Assembly: GCA_963813155.1 (NCBI GenBank)
Contig: CAWEYG010000004.1
Coordinates: 64,001-128,000, forward strand
Origin: an uncultured Acidobacteriota bacterium
GTDB taxonomy: Bacteria > Acidobacteriota > Thermoanaerobaculia > UBA5066 > DATFVB01
DNA length: 64,000 nucleotides
Direction of reading: 5' to 3'
The translations under genes were made by a program, and so were the position numbers. Shown one piece after another: positions 29,751-40,018 of the stretch; the stretch's first letter is position 1; each line of letters begins with the position of its first letter. The notes under the pieces are model-generated. The model ran no database searches and was not told where the DNA came from. It worked only from the letters and a program-made list of their open reading frames with translations.

Positions 29751-31450
29751 TGTTCCCCCGGAAGTCCGACGAGCGCGACACTGGCATTCCAGATCCGGAA
29801 GTCTTGCTCATCCCGATGTGACGGGATCCTGTCGACGACGTCTTTCCCCGTCAACACGAGCGTCGGTTGCTGCGGGCGGACGAGCGATTCCGGCAGAGCA
29901 GTCTCGCTGGCGAGGTTGTAAATCCTGACGCCATGCAGTCCCTGAAGGTACCATCGCGCCTCACACCAGACTCCGGGGACTTCGCCGGTGGGAGCGAGAG
30001 ACGGGAAATTCCAGAACGTCACCGCGTTTCCATAGGAGGGCGCGATCGCTTCGATTCGCCTGGCCAGAAGCTCGGAATTCAAGACTTCTCCGCCCAGGCG
30101 AAGCGGCGCCAGCGCGAAGGCTGCGGAAACCGCCGTCAGCTCGGCGACGAGAAGCGTTCGCCCCCAGCGGGGCCGCAGGAGGATCAGGCACACCAGTAGC
30201 ACTCCGAGCGCGATCGGCAGGATCAGTACGGCTCCCGTTGACACGAACCGGATGCTTGCGCCCGTCCAAAGCCAGAGGAAACAGTCGCTGCTCCATCGCG
30301 GTCGGAAGAGGAGCGCCCCTGCGGCGAGCGCGCCCGCTGCCGTCGTCAGAGCGACGCTGTGGCGCCCGGCCGCAAGAAGCCTCTGGACGAAGACGCCGAT
30401 CAGAATCGCGACGGCGGGGTAGAAAGGGTAGCCGTACCAGGCCGTCGGGTTGGTGGCGGCGAGCATGCCGGCCGCGTACAGGCCGATCCAGCCCGCGCTC
30501 AGGGCCCGGTCATCGTGTCTCCACTCCGGCAGCCTCCGCAAGACCCACGCGATGATCAGCGGCGCAAGGAGGCTCCAGGGGAAGAACCCGTCAAAGAGCG
30601 TTCGCGCCAGAACGCCGACCCGGCCGGACAACGGCCGCGGGGTCTTCCATGGCAGAGGTCTCCCGCCGCCCAAATTGAACCGTCCCAGGTTCTCCCGCAA
30701 GAGGAACACTTCCGCGAACGCCCGGCCATGCAGGATCAGCATCGCCGCCGGCCAGGCCACGGAAAGCGCGAGGAGCATCGCCGTGGCGCCCCAGATCAGG
30801 CGGGGGGGAATTGGAGGATTCGCCCTGCGCGTCGCAAAGAGATGGATTCCAACGAGGGCGGCCGCCGGGAGGCCCAGGAAGTTCTTCGTCAGACTGGCGA
30901 GCCCGAATGCGATGCCCGCGAGTATCAGAAGCCGCGGGTGCGCTCTGCGAGAAACGACACACAGCATTCCGAGCGCGATCCAGAACGTCGCCGTCGGATC
31001 GAGGCAGCAATTGCGAGCTCCATGGTAATAGACGAATCTTGCTGACGTCGCCAGGGCCAGCGCCGCGAAAACTCCCGCCCGGGCCCCGAAGAGACGACGC
31101 CCGATCAGCCCGGTCAACAGCACGGTCCCGGCGCCGGCGGCACCCGACCAGAAGCGCAGAGCGAGGTCCGTTTGCCCGACGACGAGGAACGTACCGGCAG
31201 TAAGCCAGAAATAGAGCGGCGGCTTCGTGTAACGGAAACCGCCATTCAGACGGGGCGTGAGCCAGTCTCCGGTCTGAAGCATTTCCCGTGAGGTGAGCGC
31301 TTCGATCGCTTCGTCGCTGTCCTTCAGGCTGGGCGCGCCCAGACGATAGAAATTGAGCGCGAGCGACAGGACGGCGACCGCGAGCATGCCGATTACGAAA
31401 AAGCGGCGGTCGCGCCGGGCCGAATCGAGCGTCTCGGCCACGTCCGTCAC
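29747..31450 (-). CDS. ArnT/PMT-family (GT83/GT39) membrane glycosyltransferase
   Basis: DSDEA..A..SREMLQTGDWLTPRLNG..RYTKPPLYFW, many TM helices, LTKN. Confidence 0.88.
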   Translation of the reverse strand: MTDVAETLDSARRDRRFFVIGMLAVAVLSLALNFYRLGAPSLKDSDEAIEALTSREMLQTGDWLTPRLNGGFRYTKPPLYFWLTAGTFLVVGQTDLALRFWSGAAGAGTVLLTGLIGRRLFGARAGVFAALALATSARFVYYHGARNCCLDPTATFWIALGMLCVVSRRAHPRLLILAGIAFGLASLTKNFLGLPAAALVGIHLFATRRANPPIPPRLIWGATAMLLALSVAWPAAMLILHGRAFAEVFLLRENLGRFNLGGGRPLPWKTPRPLSGRVGVLARTLFDGFFPWSLLAPLIIAWVLRRLPEWRHDDRALSAGWIGLYAAGMLAATNPTAWYGYPFYPAVAILIGVFVQRLLAAGRHSVALTTAAGALAAGALLFRPRWSSDCFLWLWTGASIRFVSTGAVLILPIALGVLLVCLILLRPRWGRTLLVAELTAVSAAFALAPLRLGGEVLNSELLARRIEAIAPSYGNAVTFWNFPSLAPTGEVPGVWCEARWYLQGLHGVRIYNLASETALPESLVRPQQPTLVLTGKDVVDRIPSHRDEQDFRIWNASVALVGLPGEQ

Positions 31451-31503
31451 AGAGGGAGATTAGCACCTTGGGGTCCGCTCGCGCGACTCGCGGGCAACGC
31501 GGA

Positions 31504-31914
31504 TTATTTCTTGTAGAACGCCTCGACGACCTTCTTGATCTCGTCGTCGGCCGAGCCCTCGGCCTTCATCTTCCCGGCGAGCTCCGCTTCGCCGCGGCAG
31601 ATTTCGCACCCCGTCGCGTGGAGCGACGTGTAGCAGGTGAGAAGCGACCTATGGTGCAGGTTCGGGCTCTCCTCGCAGCCGCAATAGCAGTGGATCTTGT
31701 CGATCGTTTCCGGATATTTCTTCGCGGCCGCGTAAGCCGGGCGCGATTCCGCGTCCTCATCGCCCAGCTCCGCCGGGTCGAGGAGCGGCTTGGTTTCGCG
31801 GCACGCCGCGCATCCGTTGGATTTCGGCGATTCCTTCTTTGGCGCGGTTTTGTCGGCGAAGGCGATGGCGCCGGCGAGGAGCAGCGCGCCTCCGGCCGCG
31901 AGAATGAGTTTCAT
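31504..31914 (-). CDS. PCYCGC-motif secreted metal-binding protein
   Basis: Signal peptide MKLILAAGGALLLAGAIAFA; HCYCGC...HRSLLTCY...HATGCEIC. Confidence 0.8.
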   Translation of the reverse strand: MKLILAAGGALLLAGAIAFADKTAPKKESPKSNGCAACRETKPLLDPAELGDEDAESRPAYAAAKKYPETIDKIHCYCGCEESPNLHHRSLLTCYTSLHATGCEICRGEAELAGKMKAEGSADDEIKKVVEAFYKK

Positions 31915-33044
31915 GATTTCTCCATCAACGGAAGGGTAACGTTTCCCCGCTTTCGATTGTTCCAGAATTCGAGCGCTTCGGCGTAGAAAGAAGAGGCTTC
32001 CGCCGCGAACGGCTTCGCTGAAAACCTCTCCGAAGCCGCCCTCGCGTGACGCGACATCGAGGCTCGCTGGTCGGGATGGCTGTGGAGGAACGCGAGCGAC
32101 GCCGCGGCCTCCTCTTCGGTCCGGCAGACGAGCCCGGATCCGGCGGGAAGGCGCGCGTCTTCGATGCCGGGGACTGAGAGCGACACGGCCGGCAACCCGC
32201 TCGCCATCGCCTCGAGGACCGCGCGGTGGCCCTGATCGGCGCCGGAGGCGGTGAAGAGGAATGCGTCCATCGACCGATAGAGGTCCGGAAGGAGGTCCTC
32301 CTGGTAGCCGGTCCCGAAGCTCCGGCCGCCGACGCCGAGCGAGCCGGCGAGCCGGCGGATCTCGTCTTCCCGTTCCCCCTTCCCGATCTGGAGGAGAACG
32401 ATCGAAGGCTCGCCGATTCGGGCGAGGATTCGAACCGCCGCGTCCTGCCCCCGTCCCGGGGCGATTTTCCCGATCGTGCCGACGACGAACGAGCCCCCGG
32501 GGACGCCGAACGACCGCAGGAGAGCCTCGTCGCGCGCGCCGGGAAGGAATCGATCGCGGTCGACAACCGGAGAGAGGACGCGGGAGGGCGCCGCGGAAGG
32601 GAATCGCTCGCGGAACTGCGACCCGATCGCGCTGTTGGAGAAAGCGTGTCCCGCGGATCGCCGGATCATCCAGCCCATACCGGCTCCCGTGCGAAGCGAA
32701 CGCGCGTGGTGAAAGGAGCGGACGATCGGAAATCCGCGTCGCGGAGCCGCCGCGAGGGCCACGAGGTGGTCGTGGGAGGCATGGGAATGGAGAAGATCGA
32801 ACGGCTCTGTCCCCAGGATCTCGGCGACGCGCCCGACGTCGCGAAGGAACGCCCGCGGTCCGGCCCCCGGCGAGAGCATCGGCCGGGCCCATCCCGCGGA
32901 TTCGAACCGGCGCGCGAGGGGGCTCTCCGCGGTGAAGCCGATCTCCGCTTCGACTCCGGCCGAGCGGAGGGCGCGGACCTGATCGAGAGCGACGGCCGCG
33001 GGTCCGGTCCATTTCGCGCCGGCGACCAGATGGAGAACGCGCAT
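31911..33044 (-). CDS. GT4-family glycosyltransferase
   Basis: MRVLHL, HSH, GTIGKIAPGRG, AVLEAMASGLP. Confidence 0.88.
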   Translation of the reverse strand: MRVLHLVAGAKWTGPAAVALDQVRALRSAGVEAEIGFTAESPLARRFESAGWARPMLSPGAGPRAFLRDVGRVAEILGTEPFDLLHSHASHDHLVALAAAPRRGFPIVRSFHHARSLRTGAGMGWMIRRSAGHAFSNSAIGSQFRERFPSAAPSRVLSPVVDRDRFLPGARDEALLRSFGVPGGSFVVGTIGKIAPGRGQDAAVRILARIGEPSIVLLQIGKGEREDEIRRLAGSLGVGGRSFGTGYQEDLLPDLYRSMDAFLFTASGADQGHRAVLEAMASGLPAVSLSVPGIEDARLPAGSGLVCRTEEEAAASLAFLHSHPDQRASMSRHARAASERFSAKPFAAEASSFYAEALEFWNNRKRGNVTLPLMEKS

Positions 33045-33107
33045 CGCGCGGATCGTAACTCAGAGCCGGTCCCGACGCTGATAGACTCCCTCGCGGAGGA
33101 AACGCGG

Positions 33108-33359
33108 ATGGCCGTCGACCCGGAATTGCTCGCGATCCTGGTCTGCCCGAAGACGAAGGGCCCGCTCGAGCAGGTTTCGCTTCCTTCCGACGTTCGCAAG
33201 ATGCTCGTGGACCGGTACCGCGAGAAGTTTCGCGACGAGGAGCCGGTCGTGGAGGTGGGGCTGTTTTCCCCCGAGGCCTCGCTCGTGTACCCGATCGTGT
33301 CGGACATCCCCGTGATGCTGATCGACGAGGCGCTTCCGGCTTCCTCCATCGGAAGGTGA
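33108..33359 (+). CDS. Trm112/YcaR-like protein with an internal insertion
   Basis: GGAGGA RBS; MAVDPELLAILVCPKTKGPL...YPIVSDIPVMLIDEA. Confidence 0.82.
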   Translation: MAVDPELLAILVCPKTKGPLEQVSLPSDVRKMLVDRYREKFRDEEPVVEVGLFSPEASLVYPIVSDIPVMLIDEALPASSIGR

Positions 33360-33360
33360 T

Positions 33361-34599
33361 TTGAGCCTTTCGTCGCTTCTCGGGCGGCGAGAACCTCTTT
33401 CCCGGGCATTGCTGGTGCTTTGCCTGGCGCTCGCCGCGTCCACCTCGGCCGTCGCCGTCGCGAACATCCTTCTGGGCTTCACGGGCCTCGCCTGGCTCGC
33501 CGAGCTGCGCCGCGGCGGACGGTCGCGCGGGGCGGAGGCGTTCGGCTCGCCGGTCGTCCTCGCTCTCGCGATCTTCGTGCTCCTCCTCGTCGGTTCCGCC
33601 GTGTTTTCGATTCATCCCGGGCGAAGCCTGTTCGCGCTCAAGGGCATCTTCACGCTGCTGCTCCTTCCGCTGTTCGCCGACGTCCTGGAGACGGGCGACG
33701 ATCTCGCCGCCGTCGCGAACGCGCTCGGGGTCGCGGCGCTCGTCCTCGCCGCGATCGGCGTCTGGCAGTACGCGCACGGAGCGAACCGGCTCTCGGACCG
33801 CATCGAGGCGACGCTTTCGCACTACATGACGTTTTCCGGCCTCCTGCTCGTCGTGTGCCTGCTGTTTCTGGGGCGCACCGTCGAGGATCGGTCGGTGCGG
33901 GCGGCCGCGCTGGCCGTGACGATCTGCCTGGGCGCCGCCCTGCTGATGACGTTCACGCGAAACGCGTATGTGGGCTTCATCGCGGCGAGCCTGGTCTTCC
34001 TCGCGATTCGCCGGCCTCGATGGATCTGGACGGCGGCGCCGGTCGCGTTTCTCGTCTATTTTCTCGCTCCCGCCGGAATCCGGCTGCGGATGCTTTCGAC
34101 GTTCGACCCCTCCGATCCGACGAATCGGGACCGGCTCGACATGGCGGTGGCCGGTCTTCGAATGATTCGCGATCATCCGGTCTTCGGGCTCGGTCTGACG
34201 CTCGTCAAACCGTACTATCCGCTCTACCGCGTGCCGAGCTCTCTCCGATTCCGCGTTCCGCATCTCCACGACAACGTTCTGCAGATCGCGGCGGAGTCGG
34301 GCCTCTTCGCGGCGGGCGCTTATCTCGCCCTGCTGGCGTGCTTTTTCGTCGCCTGTCTCCGGCGCCTCCGTTCCGAGCGGGATCCGCGCCTCCGCGGGCT
34401 CCTGGCAGGCTCGTTCCTCGCGGTCGCGGGCATCTCGGTGGCCGGCCTCTTCGAATACAATTTTGGAGACGTCGAAGTCCTGATGACCACCCTCATCGTC
34501 ATGTCGTTTCCCTTTCTCGCGCGCGTTCCGGCGGCGCGCCGACTCGGAGGCCGATGTTTCCCGCTGATTCGCTCTTTCCCCGGCCGATCTACCGGGTGA
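33361..34599 (+). CDS. O-antigen ligase family protein
   Basis: Multi-TM, TFTRNAY, DHPVFGLG, HLHDNVLQIAAESGLF. Confidence 0.87.
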   Translation: MSLSSLLGRREPLSRALLVLCLALAASTSAVAVANILLGFTGLAWLAELRRGGRSRGAEAFGSPVVLALAIFVLLLVGSAVFSIHPGRSLFALKGIFTLLLLPLFADVLETGDDLAAVANALGVAALVLAAIGVWQYAHGANRLSDRIEATLSHYMTFSGLLLVVCLLFLGRTVEDRSVRAAALAVTICLGAALLMTFTRNAYVGFIAASLVFLAIRRPRWIWTAAPVAFLVYFLAPAGIRLRMLSTFDPSDPTNRDRLDMAVAGLRMIRDHPVFGLGLTLVKPYYPLYRVPSSLRFRVPHLHDNVLQIAAESGLFAAGAYLALLACFFVACLRRLRSERDPRLRGLLAGSFLAVAGISVAGLFEYNFGDVEVLMTTLIVMSFPFLARVPAARRLGGRCFPLIRSFPGRSTG

Positions 34600-35784
34600 G
34601 CCAGCTCCTCGCCGAGGTGAACACGGCTCTCTCGGTCGGCTGGCGGCGGGTCGCGGTGTCGGGCGAAGCCTGCGAGGTCCGGCCGTATCCGAGCGGGCAC
34701 ATCTACTTCGCGCTCAAGGACGAGGCCGCAAAGGTCAATGCCGGTGCTGTGGCGATCGGACGCCGTCCGGCTTCCGTTTCGCCTCGAGGAAGGGATGCAG
34801 ATCGTCGCGACCGGCACTCTCGGCATCTATTCCGCGCGCGGCCAGTTCCAGATCCAGGTTTCGGACATCCAGCCGATCGGCGCCGGGGCTCTCGCGATCG
34901 CCTTCGAGCAGCTCCGGAAGAAGCTGGCCGAAGAGGGCCTTTTCGACGAAGCCCGGAAGCGGGCGCTTCCTTCTCTTCCGAAGAGGATCGGCATGGTCAC
35001 TTCCCCCGATGGCGCCGCAGTTCGCGACATCCTTTCCATCCTGAAGCGGCGGCACCCGAATCTGCACATCACGATCTTCCCCGCCCGCGTGCAGGGGGAG
35101 GGCGCGGCGGCGGAGGTCGCGGAAGGCGTCCGGGTCCTCAACCGGCTCGCCCGGTTCGACGTGATCATCGTCGCGCGCGGGGGAGGGTCGGCCGAAGACC
35201 TGGCGGCGTTCAACGACGAGCGGCTCGTCCGCGTCCTCGCGGCCTCCGCGATCCCGACGATTTCCGCGATCGGACACGAGACAGACTGGACCCTGTGCGA
35301 TTACGTCGCCGATCTCCGAGCTCCGACTCCGTCGGCCGCGGCCGAGCTCGTCATCGGAGTCCAGGAGGAGATCTCCCGTCGGCTCGCGCTGGCCCGCCGC
35401 TCGCTCTTCCAGACCGCTCGGCGCCGAACCTCGGAGCTTCGCGCGAGGGTCTCCCAGGCGCGCCGCGCCGAAGCGCTCGTGCGCTTTCCCTACGTGCTCA
35501 TGCGGCGACGGGACCGGGTCGAATCCGCGTCCGAGCGGCTCGAAGAGAGGATGCGGGCGCGGATGGAGCGCTCGCGGTCGCGGCTGTCGAACTCGGCGGA
35601 CCGGATGGGTGCGCTGGACCCGCTCGCGGTCCTGCGCCGGGGCTATGCCGTCGTCTACCGGGAGGGCTCGGATTCGCCGCTGCGAAGCTCGCGGGGCGTC
35701 GCGCCGGGGACGCCGCTGCGCGTTCGCCTCGCGGACGGAGACCTTCGCGCGTCGGTGACCGAAAACCGGGAGGAGAAATCGTGA
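34554..35784 (+). CDS. xseA: exodeoxyribonuclease VII large subunit (frameshift near 34740)
   Basis: SGHIYFALKD, GMVTSPDGAA.RD, VARGGGSAEDL..FNDE, AIGHETD, RAPTPSAAAE. Confidence 0.92.
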
Positions 35785-36053
35785 AACCGAAGAAGGATTC
35801 GCTCCAGAGCTTCGAGAAATCGCTCGAGCGGCTCGAGGCGATCGTCGAAAAGCTCGAATCGGAAGATCTCGGGCTGGACGCGTCGCTCGCACTGTTCGAG
35901 GAGGGGATCGGCCTTTCGCGGGTCTGCCGCGAAAAGCTTTCCGATGTCGAGCGGCGCGTCGAGCTGGTGCTGAAGGAGGCCGACGGCGGGTACAAGTCGG
36001 CGCCGTTTCCGGCCGGGGACGAGGGCGAGGCGGAAGGGGAAGACCCCGATTGA
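35781..36053 (+). CDS. xseB: exodeoxyribonuclease VII small subunit
   Basis: SFEKSLERLEAIVEKLE...LDASLALFEEGIGL...C. Confidence 0.92.
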   Translation: MKPKKDSLQSFEKSLERLEAIVEKLESEDLGLDASLALFEEGIGLSRVCREKLSDVERRVELVLKEADGGYKSAPFPAGDEGEAEGEDPD

Positions 36054-36967
36054 GCCCGGATTTTCTGGTCCACTGGCGCGAGAGGATCGACGTCTCGCTC
36101 TCCGAAATGCTCGCGCCCGAATCGGACTGGCCGCGGAACCTGCACGCGGCGATGCGCTATTCGGTTCTCGCCGGAGGAAAACGCCTGCGCCCGATCCTCG
36201 CGCTCGCCGCCGCCCGTGCGTGCGGCGGGGACCTCGAGGCCGTCCTTCCCGCCGCCTGCGGACTGGAGCTGATCCACACCTATTCGCTCATCCACGACGA
36301 CCTGCCGGCGCTGGACGACGACGAATGGCGGCGCGGCGTGCCGACCTGCCATAAGAAGTTCGGGGAGGCGACGGCGATTCTCGCGGGCGACGCGCTCCTG
36401 ACCGACGGTCTCCGTTGCTTCACGCTCTTTCCGGCGGACGCGAGGTTCGACTCCGCGAAGATCCGGGCGGCCAATGCGGTGGCCGAGGCGATCGGCACAC
36501 GGGGCATGATCGGGGGGCAGGTCGAAGACATCGAGGCGGAGCGGGAGAGCCCAGCCGGCGAGAGGTCGCTGGCACGGCTGGAGAGAATTCACGCGAACAA
36601 GACGGGAAAGCTCATTCGCGCCGCGCTCGCCGTCGGGGGGATCCTCTCGTTCGCGTCGGAGGAGATTCTCGCGCTGCTGGACCGATACGGGGAGAACCTC
36701 GGCCTCGCGTTTCAGATCAAGGACGATCTCCTCGACGTGGAATCGACACGCGAGGAGCTCGGGAAGGCGACCGGGAAAGACGAGGCCCACGGAAAGATGA
36801 CCTTTCCGGGACTGCTCGGCCTCGAAGAGTCCCGGCAGGCCCTGGCGAAAACGGTCCTGGAAGCCCACGCTCTCGCCCGGATGCTCGAGTCGGGCGCGGG
36901 TCCTCTCGGGTCGGGCGAAGGCCCGCTTGGACAGCTCGCGGAATTCGTTTCGGCGCGGAAGAGTTGA
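36050..36967 (+). CDS. ispA: farnesyl/geranyl diphosphate synthase
   Basis: GGKRLRP, SLIHDDLPALDDD..RRG.PTCH, GQVED, FQIKDDLLD. Confidence 0.93.
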   Translation: MSPDFLVHWRERIDVSLSEMLAPESDWPRNLHAAMRYSVLAGGKRLRPILALAAARACGGDLEAVLPAACGLELIHTYSLIHDDLPALDDDEWRRGVPTCHKKFGEATAILAGDALLTDGLRCFTLFPADARFDSAKIRAANAVAEAIGTRGMIGGQVEDIEAERESPAGERSLARLERIHANKTGKLIRAALAVGGILSFASEEILALLDRYGENLGLAFQIKDDLLDVESTREELGKATGKDEAHGKMTFPGLLGLEESRQALAKTVLEAHALARMLESGAGPLGSGEGPLGQLAEFVSARKS

Positions 36968-36987
36968 GGTCCTCGGGAGAGTGTTCC

Positions 36988-37728
36988 ATGGCCGCATTCT
37001 TTCTCCCGGCGCTTCTTTTCTTCGCCCCGGCCGCTTCCGCTCCCGCGGCGGCCCGAAATGCCCCGGTGAGCGACGACGCGGCTCTCGCCGTGCGGATCGA
37101 GTCCGCCTGGCGCGTCCAGCAGCGTTGGGCGAGCATCGTGAAGAACGGAAACTACGACTATGCGTTCGAGCTGAAGACCTGGAGCTCGGAGCGCTTGAAG
37201 GAACAGATCGAGCGCTCCGCGCGCGTGGAATCGCGCGACGGGGTCTCCCGGACCGAAATTCTCTCCGCGCGAAAAGACGGCCGCGACGATCTTGCGAGCG
37301 CGCGGGAGCAGCAGCGCGAGGCGGAAGGAAAGCGGGCCCGGGGGGACGGAAAATCGAGGGAGTTTCCGTCCCCTTTCGACCCGAAATACCGGGCGGAATA
37401 CGCACTTGCGGCCGAGATCTCGAGGGACGGTCGCCCGGCCGTTTCGTTCCGGCCGCGCCGCCGTCTCGACGGGGCGATCGCGGGAACGGTCGAGTTCGAC
37501 GGCGAGGGACGGCCCCGCCGGGTCGCGTTTACGCTCGCCCATGCGCCGATCTTCACGCGGAACCTCCGTTTCACGGTCTCGCTCGACGAGAAGGGAAATC
37601 CGGAGCGAGTCGAGTCGAGCGGCGAGGTCTCCCTGATCGTCTGGAAACGCAGATTCGAGTCGACGCTCGTCGTTCGGAATGTCGTCCCGGCTACTTCCCC
37701 TGCTCCGCCTTCCACCGCATCGCCATGA
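36988..37728 (+). CDS. hypothetical secreted protein
   Basis: Signal peptide MAAFFLPALLFFAPAASA; beta-rich mature part. Confidence 0.6.
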   Translation: MAAFFLPALLFFAPAASAPAAARNAPVSDDAALAVRIESAWRVQQRWASIVKNGNYDYAFELKTWSSERLKEQIERSARVESRDGVSRTEILSARKDGRDDLASAREQQREAEGKRARGDGKSREFPSPFDPKYRAEYALAAEISRDGRPAVSFRPRRRLDGAIAGTVEFDGEGRPRRVAFTLAHAPIFTRNLRFTVSLDEKGNPERVESSGEVSLIVWKRRFESTLVVRNVVPATSPAPPSTASP

Positions 37729-38969
37729 GGATCCGGCTGCGGCCGCTCGGGTGGTCGAAGAAGAGGAACTCCTCCAGCTTGCCGGGATCGAGCTTCCGGT
37801 ACTCGCCGAGCATCAGGTCGACTTTCGCCTCGGCGTCGGGCTCGCGTGCGGCGTTCAGCCCGAAGAGGTCCGCCTCGGCCTCCTGGGTGCGGATGTAGGT
37901 GTTCGTCAGGGGGGTGAGAAGGAAGAAGTAGATCGAGATCAACAGGACGAAGAGCGGGAGGCCCGCGACGTCCCCGACGCCCGACACTCCCCACGCCGCT
38001 CCTTTTGCGGCGACGATCCGATCGAACGCCCACCGGACGGCCGCGAAGCCAACGACGATCAGAACGCCGAAAAAGAGAATCCCCTCGTAGACGTGGTGGA
38101 GCACGTAGTGCCCCATCTCGTGGCCCATGACGGCTTCGATCTCCGGAAGGGTGCAGCGGTTGAGAAGGTTGTCGTTCAAGGTGATTCGCTCCGTACCCAG
38201 GAAACCGTTGACGAACGCCGAGACGCGTTTCGACTGGCGCGAAGCATCCTGCTCGTAGACATCGCGCGCGGTGATTCCGTTCGCGCGGGCGAGCGAAAGG
38301 ATCGGCTCTCTCACCCTCGCGTCCTCGAGTTTCTTGTACGTGTTGAAGAGCGGCGCAACGTAGATCGGCGCCACGATCTCTCCGAGGACGAGCAGCAGCA
38401 TGGCGGTGAGGGAGCCCCAGAGCCACCAGGTCTTCGGCGCCCGCCGAAGGACGCCGTACAGAACCATGACCGCGAGACCCCCGAACACGACGGCGATCGC
38501 GAGTCCCTTGAGCTGGTCGCCCATCCAGGGCCCGAAGGTCTGATTTGCGAGGCCGTACCGGTGCTCGCGGAAATAGCCTTCGTAGACGGTCAGCGGAAAC
38601 AGGACGGCGCTCGTGAGAAGGAGATAGAACACCCAGTAGATTCCCGTCTGCAGCGGCTTTGGCTTAGCGATTCTTTGCCGCGAGGTCGCGCAGGCGCGCG
38701 GACAGCCGCGTCTTCAGGAGCAGGAATGAGACGAGAGCGCCGGCGAGAAAATCCCAGAGGAGAAGCCAGTACCCGCCTTCGAAATAGGCGTCGGACCTGG
38801 CTTTCTGCGCCGGCGGAACCGAGGCGAGGTACGCGGCCGTCGCGGCCGCCGGGTCCATGCGCGAATCGGCGGCCGAAGCCGCTCCCGGAGCGGAGGACTG
38901 CGCTCGTGCCGCGCCGCAGACGGCGAGCGATGCCGCGAGGGACAGGAAGAGGGTGGCCGCGGTTTTCAT
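37691..38969 (-). CDS. M48-family (Ste24/HtpX-like) zinc metalloprotease; frameshift near 38665
   Basis: HEMGH, QEAEAD, FDHPS..SRI; N-terminus in ORF 38664..38969. Confidence 0.88.
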
Positions 38970-39028
38970 TCAGGTCTCCCTGCCCGCATTGTACGATTGA
39001 GAAGAAGAAAGGTTCGTGAACCCCGAAC

Positions 39029-40018
39029 ATGCGCGCAGCCGTTCAATCCGCTCTCGGCATGATGGAGATCCGCGAAATCGAAGCCCCGGTCGCCGGGCCG
39101 GGGGAGCTCGTCGTGCGCGTGCGGGCCGCTTTGACCTGCGGCACCGACCGCAAGATCCTCGACCGGGGGCACGAGAAGTTCTCGCCCCCGCTCGTGATGG
39201 GACACGAGTTTTCGGGAGACGTCGTGGACGCGGGGGCGGGCGCGCCGTTTCGCGTCGGCGACGCCGTGATGGGCGGCATTTCGGGGCCCTGCGGGGAATG
39301 CGGGGAATGCCGCGGGGGAGCCTCGAACCGCTGCGATTCGCCGAAAAGGGAGATCGCCTGGGGCGCCTTCGCGGAGCTCGTGCGGATCCCCGCCCGGGTC
39401 GCGGCCCAAAACACGTTTCGAAAGCCGGTCGCGCTGTCGTATGAGTCGGCCGCGATCGTGGATCCGCTCGCCTGCGTCGTGCGGGGGATTTCCCGGCTCG
39501 GGTCCGGCGCCCTCGACGATCTCCTCGTCGTGGGAGCCGGGGCCGTCGGCCTGTTGTGGGTCGCCGCCGCGCGGGCGGAGGGTGCGAAAAGGGTGTCGGT
39601 GATCGGAAAGGGCCGGGAGCGGCTCGAAATTGCGCGCGGGCTCGGGGCGAGCGTCTTCGAGCTCGGCTCGGCGGAGCCGCCGCCCGCGAAGACCGTCGTC
39701 GAATGCGTGGGAACGCCGGAAGCCTGGACCGGCGCCTTCGCCCGGGCCGCGCCGGGCGGAACGACGCTGTTTTTTGGCGGGTGCGCGCCGGAGACCCTGG
39801 TCGCGCTCCCGGCGGCGAGGCTGCACTACGGCGAAGTGACGGCGGCCGGGTCGTTTCATTACCGCCCCGAGGACGCGCGGAAAGCGGCCGATTGGCTCGT
39901 CTCCGGCGCGGTCGATCCGAGGCCCCTGTTCTCGGGCTCGGGCCCGCTTTCGAATCTGCCGCTGTTTTTTGACAGAATGCGCAGAGGAGAAGGCATCAAG
40001 TTCGTGGTGAATCCGTGA
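39029..40018 (+). CDS. zinc-dependent alcohol/sugar dehydrogenase (MDR family)
   Basis: CGTD, GHEFSG, CGECGEC...C, GAGAVG. Confidence 0.9.
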   Translation: MRAAVQSALGMMEIREIEAPVAGPGELVVRVRAALTCGTDRKILDRGHEKFSPPLVMGHEFSGDVVDAGAGAPFRVGDAVMGGISGPCGECGECRGGASNRCDSPKREIAWGAFAELVRIPARVAAQNTFRKPVALSYESAAIVDPLACVVRGISRLGSGALDDLLVVGAGAVGLLWVAAARAEGAKRVSVIGKGRERLEIARGLGASVFELGSAEPPPAKTVVECVGTPEAWTGAFARAAPGGTTLFFGGCAPETLVALPAARLHYGEVTAAGSFHYRPEDARKAADWLVSGAVDPRPLFSGSGPLSNLPLFFDRMRRGEGIKFVVNP

